Origin: an uncultured Desulfospira sp.
Lineage (GTDB): Bacteria; Desulfobacterota; Desulfobacteria; Desulfobacterales; Desulfobacteraceae
Direction of reading: 5' to 3'
NCBI GenBank assembly: GCA_963663165.1
Contig: OY760175.1
Coordinates: forward strand, 4,896,001 to 4,960,000
Length of the DNA stretch: 64,000 bases
The notes under the pieces are model-generated. The model did not search any database. It saw only the letters and a list, made by a program, of their open reading frames with translations, and had not been told where the DNA came from. Each line of letters begins with the position of its first letter. Position 1 is the stretch's first letter. The translations under genes and the position numbers were made by a program. Below are positions 60,710-64,000 of the stretch, in pieces.

Positions 60710-61321
60710 TTACTGTTCATACACAGTGAGCAACTTGTCAGAAACAAATATAGCCGCTGGCGAAATAACAGTTTCATTTTTTGGAATACTTTTCCCAAAT
60801 CTTTCATGGAGTTTTTTTTGTACAATTGGATCTGACAAATTAAATTCTTTCATTTTTTGAAGTTTTCCAAGCTCAATATCAAGAGCTCTTTTATATATTT
60901 TCCAGACAAGTTCTGAGCAATAGATATTTTTATCTGACCACTCAAAATATAAATCGTAGTGTTTCCCTTCAAAGACTTTCCCTACTGCAAGCATTTTTTC
61001 AAGTGCCTTTGGCGTCAAAACAGTATTAGCGTTTGAAAGACGTTTCACGGAAAAATGGCTTCCTGTACCACGTTTGATCCATGTATCGAGTGAAGTAAGC
61101 TTAACCGGCTCAATAGCTTCATAAACATATGGTGTGTTGTTTTTCAGATAAACAATACCCATATGAGAGAATTTGGAATTTGTTGCTTTTTGGATCGCCA
61201 AGCTTTGTGGTGATTTCGATGTTTGAAAAATAATATCACCGTTTTGAGGTTCATAATTCTCTGAACACCCTATCTCAACCAAAATTAGAAATAAAAACAA
61301 TGTAATGAATATTTTTTTCAT
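60710..61321 (-). CDS. YiiX-family permuted papain-like enzyme, secreted (cassette gene)
   Basis: signal peptide, GDIIFQTS, SHMGI, YEA, YD..F.W...YCSELVWK. Confidence 0.88.
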   Translation of the reverse strand: MKKIFITLFLFLILVEIGCSENYEPQNGDIIFQTSKSPQSLAIQKATNSKFSHMGIVYLKNNTPYVYEAIEPVKLTSLDTWIKRGTGSHFSVKRLSNANTVLTPKALEKMLAVGKVFEGKHYDLYFEWSDKNIYCSELVWKIYKRALDIELGKLQKMKEFNLSDPIVQKKLHERFGKSIPKNETVISPAAIFVSDKLLTVYEQ

Positions 61322-61338
61322 GGCGGTTGCTTTCAAAA

Positions 61339-61406
61339 GTATACAAATAACCGGTGCAAATGGAACGCAACGGAATTTGCATCCGAGTTAATTTGCTTTG
61401 TTATGC
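61339..61406 (-). other. attC with damaged R' end
   Basis: GCATAAC overlapping the stop codon; AATTAACTCGGATGCAAA...TTTGCACCGGTTATT arms; ends TTTG|TATAC. Confidence 0.65.
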
Positions 61407-61760
61407 ATTTCCCGTTTCTTTTGCCGATAAGAATACCTCAAACGATTCTTTGAGAGCATATATTTCTTCTGTTTCATGATTAAAAATGAACAAAGTTTTT
61501 GTCACATCCTCTGATTCTAAAACTGGAAACACAAAAAGGTAATCCCCTGACCAGTTGTGCGCCAATGGCAGTCCATTCACGGGGAATCCTGAAGAGTCAG
61601 AGGCCTGCTGAAGGTAAACATCCAACTCGACAGGAGCTATGATATCCCATGTGTCCTCCAAGAGGCTTAGCTGCATTTGCCGCCCTGCAACTGCTTTGTA
61701 TTCAGTGGGTAAAAGAATCTTATATTTTTCTTCAAATGGAGTCATTTTTTCTACATGCAT
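61401..61760 (-). CDS. SMI1/KNR4-like protein (cassette gene)
   Basis: FEEKYKILLPTEYK, PLA...GDYL, F.HET...L.ESFE.FL; bounded by complementary GTTATGC / GCATAAC. Confidence 0.75.
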   Translation of the reverse strand: MHVEKMTPFEEKYKILLPTEYKAVAGRQMQLSLLEDTWDIIAPVELDVYLQQASDSSGFPVNGLPLAHNWSGDYLFVFPVLESEDVTKTLFIFNHETEEIYALKESFEVFLSAKETGNA

Positions 61761-61805
61761 AACGCCAACATCTGCGGCTTGTCCGTCAGCATGTTTTTGT
61801 TAGGG
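61757..61805 (-). other. attC site (49 bp)
   Basis: CCCTAAC...GTTATGC; R' complements the next R''. Confidence 0.75.
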
Positions 61806-61952
61806 AATTCTCAATTCTTATTCATTTTTATGTTTAGTTAATTCAACAACTGTTGTATGATTTCAGCAACAACCAGTAGTTGCCCTCATCCTGAACAATT
61901 CTAAGCCCCACCCTGATACACCTGGAAAACCTAATTAACATATAAGCGCGTA

Positions 61953-63293
61953 ATGGCCCCACAGGCAACAAACAACCTTGACGTTTACAAACCGCGTACT
62001 CCCAAAGAAAGCGCATATTATAAGTGTGTTGAGAATCATTTTGAAGAGTTGGAACGGGTATGGGATGATATGTATAAATCCCGATACGGCTATTGGCGAA
62101 CATACATCATGACCGTGATTTACAGATATCTCGACTGTGGCGATCTTCATATGGGGTTTGCCAGGGTCCGTTGTGAAGAATGTGGCCATGAGTATCTCCT
62201 GGCATTTTCTTGCAAACGTCGGCATTTTTGCCCATCCTGTCATCAGAAAAGGGTTGTCGAATATGGAGAATGGCTGCTGACAAATGTCTTAAAAAATGTC
62301 CCATACCGGCAATGGGTTTTCAGCATTCCTAAACGGTTACGAATTTATTTTCTTTATGACCGCACTTTACTGGCAAAACTTTCCAAATGTGCATGGAGTG
62401 TTATTACAGCTTACCTGAAATCTACGGTCCCGGATGGAGAAGCTGTTCCCGGTGCCAGTATTGCAGTGCAGACCTATGGCGACTTTCTAAATTTCAATCC
62501 CCATCTTCACGCCATAGTTTCAGATGGTTGCTTCTTAAAAGACGGCAGCTTTCAGACTGCTCCGATATTTATGCTTAAAGACCTGGAAGAAGCATTTCAG
62601 TATGAGGTGCTGAAAATGCTCAAGAAAGAGGGGAAAATCAATGATGCCATCATTGAAAACATGCTTTCCTGGCATCATTCCGGGTTTAATGTTTATATCG
62701 GAGGCAGAATCGAGCCTGATGATAAAGTCGGGCTTGGCAACCTGGCAAGATATATCATTCGAGCCTGTTTCTCCCAGGAAAGACTGGTCTATTTTCCGGC
62801 CGAAAAATCTGATGATGGCGTCGCTAAAATCATTTATACCGCCAAAGACGGAAAATCCCAAAAGAGGTTTAATGCTTTGGATTGGCTGGCCAGGTTGGTG
62901 ACACATATTCCAGGAAGATACGAGCATACCGTTCGTTACTATGGTCACTTTTCTAACAAGTCCAGGGGGATGAGAAAGAAGGCGGAAACTGATAACACAA
63001 TCCCGACAATTATGCAAAATAAGATGTCTTCAAAAGAAGCAAGGCAGAATTGGGCCAGGTTAATCCAAAAAATTTATGAAGTTGATCCTTTGGTTTGCCC
63101 AAAATGTCAGGGTCAAATGAAACTGATTTCTTTTGTGGAAAATCTCGATGTTATAGAAAAAATTCTGCGTCACCTGGGCTTATGGGATATTCACAACCAT
63201 GATCCACCGCAGGCGGTTATTTCTGAGCCCATTCCTGAGTTGGTTTATGACTTTTCAGACTCTCAAATTCCGGCGGTTGAGTATTGGAATTGA
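61953..63293 (+). CDS. IS91/ISCR-like rolling-circle (HUH) transposase
   Basis: Zn domain CGD...C..C...SCK.R..CPSC, NPHLH, HSGFNV, RYIIR, VRYYG, C-terminal CPKC. Confidence 0.9.
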   Translation: MAPQATNNLDVYKPRTPKESAYYKCVENHFEELERVWDDMYKSRYGYWRTYIMTVIYRYLDCGDLHMGFARVRCEECGHEYLLAFSCKRRHFCPSCHQKRVVEYGEWLLTNVLKNVPYRQWVFSIPKRLRIYFLYDRTLLAKLSKCAWSVITAYLKSTVPDGEAVPGASIAVQTYGDFLNFNPHLHAIVSDGCFLKDGSFQTAPIFMLKDLEEAFQYEVLKMLKKEGKINDAIIENMLSWHHSGFNVYIGGRIEPDDKVGLGNLARYIIRACFSQERLVYFPAEKSDDGVAKIIYTAKDGKSQKRFNALDWLARLVTHIPGRYEHTVRYYGHFSNKSRGMRKKAETDNTIPTIMQNKMSSKEARQNWARLIQKIYEVDPLVCPKCQGQMKLISFVENLDVIEKILRHLGLWDIHNHDPPQAVISEPIPELVYDFSDSQIPAVEYWN

Positions 63294-63429
63294 TTTTCAC
63301 TGTACGCGGGGTTTCTGGTGAGGTGCGCTTAAAATCAGCTTAAATTTTGGAATTTTCATATTTGCTTTGGAAATTTCTGATACAGACTGTTCTTTTACCT
63401 CTGTCCTGCGACATCCCTTTTTTCGGCGA

Positions 63430-63485
63430 ATGCCCCCGCCGGGCCACAGGCACAACATGTTGTGCCTGTGGCCCGGCGGGGGCAT
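63430..63485. repeat. perfect 56-bp palindrome
   Basis: ATGCCCCCGCCGGGCCACAGGCACAACA followed directly by its reverse complement. Confidence 0.9.
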
Positions 63486-63507
63486 ATTTCAAGCTTCCAA
63501 TATTTTT

Positions 63508-64000
63508 CTATACTTCTTGAGTCAATAAGCAAGTTCTTATCTGTAAAGACTGATTGGGTTTCATAGTGCCAATCTTGCCGGCATAAAAGATATTGATAAA
63601 CAATGTCTCAATCAGATCATCTTTGTTATGACCTAACGCCACCTTTTTGCAGTTGTTCTCTTTTGCCAGCTCAAACAGCCGTTTACGCCTGAGGCGGCTG
63701 CAGAGAAAACAGGGATTTTCTCTGTTTTTCTCTGCATGGGCCTGATAACCGAAATCTGTTTTTTCAATGACCAGGCCTGAATGGGCGTCCCGGTATCTGT
63801 CATTGATATAGCAGGCCAGGTCTTCGGCAAAAGAATTTTCAAATCCTGCATCAATATGAACAGGAATAAGATCAAATGTGACAGGGGCTTTTTTTTTAAG
63901 GCTTACGAGCAGGTGGAAGAGAGCCAGGCTGTCCAAACCGCCGGAAACACCTACAAGTATCCGGTCGCAGTCCGATATCATCCGCCATTCGTCAATCGCC
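63508..64000 (-). pseudogene. ttcA: tRNA 2-thiocytidine synthase, 3'-truncated
   Basis: SGGLDS PP-loop, CFLC, GHNKDD, TM.P, then unrelated QIRTCLLTQEV*; no IRPL/C-terminal part. Confidence 0.8.

Noticed and set aside
1..64000. tRNA or rRNA genes
   Set aside because: None recognised by eye; tRNAscan-SE/Infernal would be needed to exclude them

Overview
Desulfobacteraceae-like (Desulfobacterota) chromosomal DNA; the taxon is inferred from gene content. 1-14 kb is ordinary: 3' part of a group A [FeFe]-hydrogenase, pta, a Tat-signal AmmeMemoRadiSam radical SAM, a sigma54 activator divergent from a TRAP + metalloenzyme operon, a signal-less NrtA/CmpA-like binding protein and a DUF134/DUF5320/DtxR cluster. 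14.6-63.5 kb is an IS-saturated accessory island. Removing the insertions by their IRs and TSDs exposes (i) a decayed minus-strand attC cassette array (TA, SMI1/KNR4 and YiiX cassettes, attC sites of only 49-51 bp) with no IntI in the window but an IS91/ISCR-type HUH transposase divergent at its head, plus two RAYTs and many REP-like repeats; (ii) one 187-codon PEP-CTERM gene stretched over 20.8 kb by nested insertions; (iii) two unrelated DDE+AAA transposons that each encode a primase (IstA fused to a DnaG-like Toprim module; DDE/ExeA element with a RepB'-type primase) and a RIT element carrying a CHC2 zinc finger; (iv) an IS1111-type IS110 whose 3' non-coding region matches its own reconstructed target. 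ttcA is truncated at the island's right edge. All family calls come from motif recognition by eye, not database searches.
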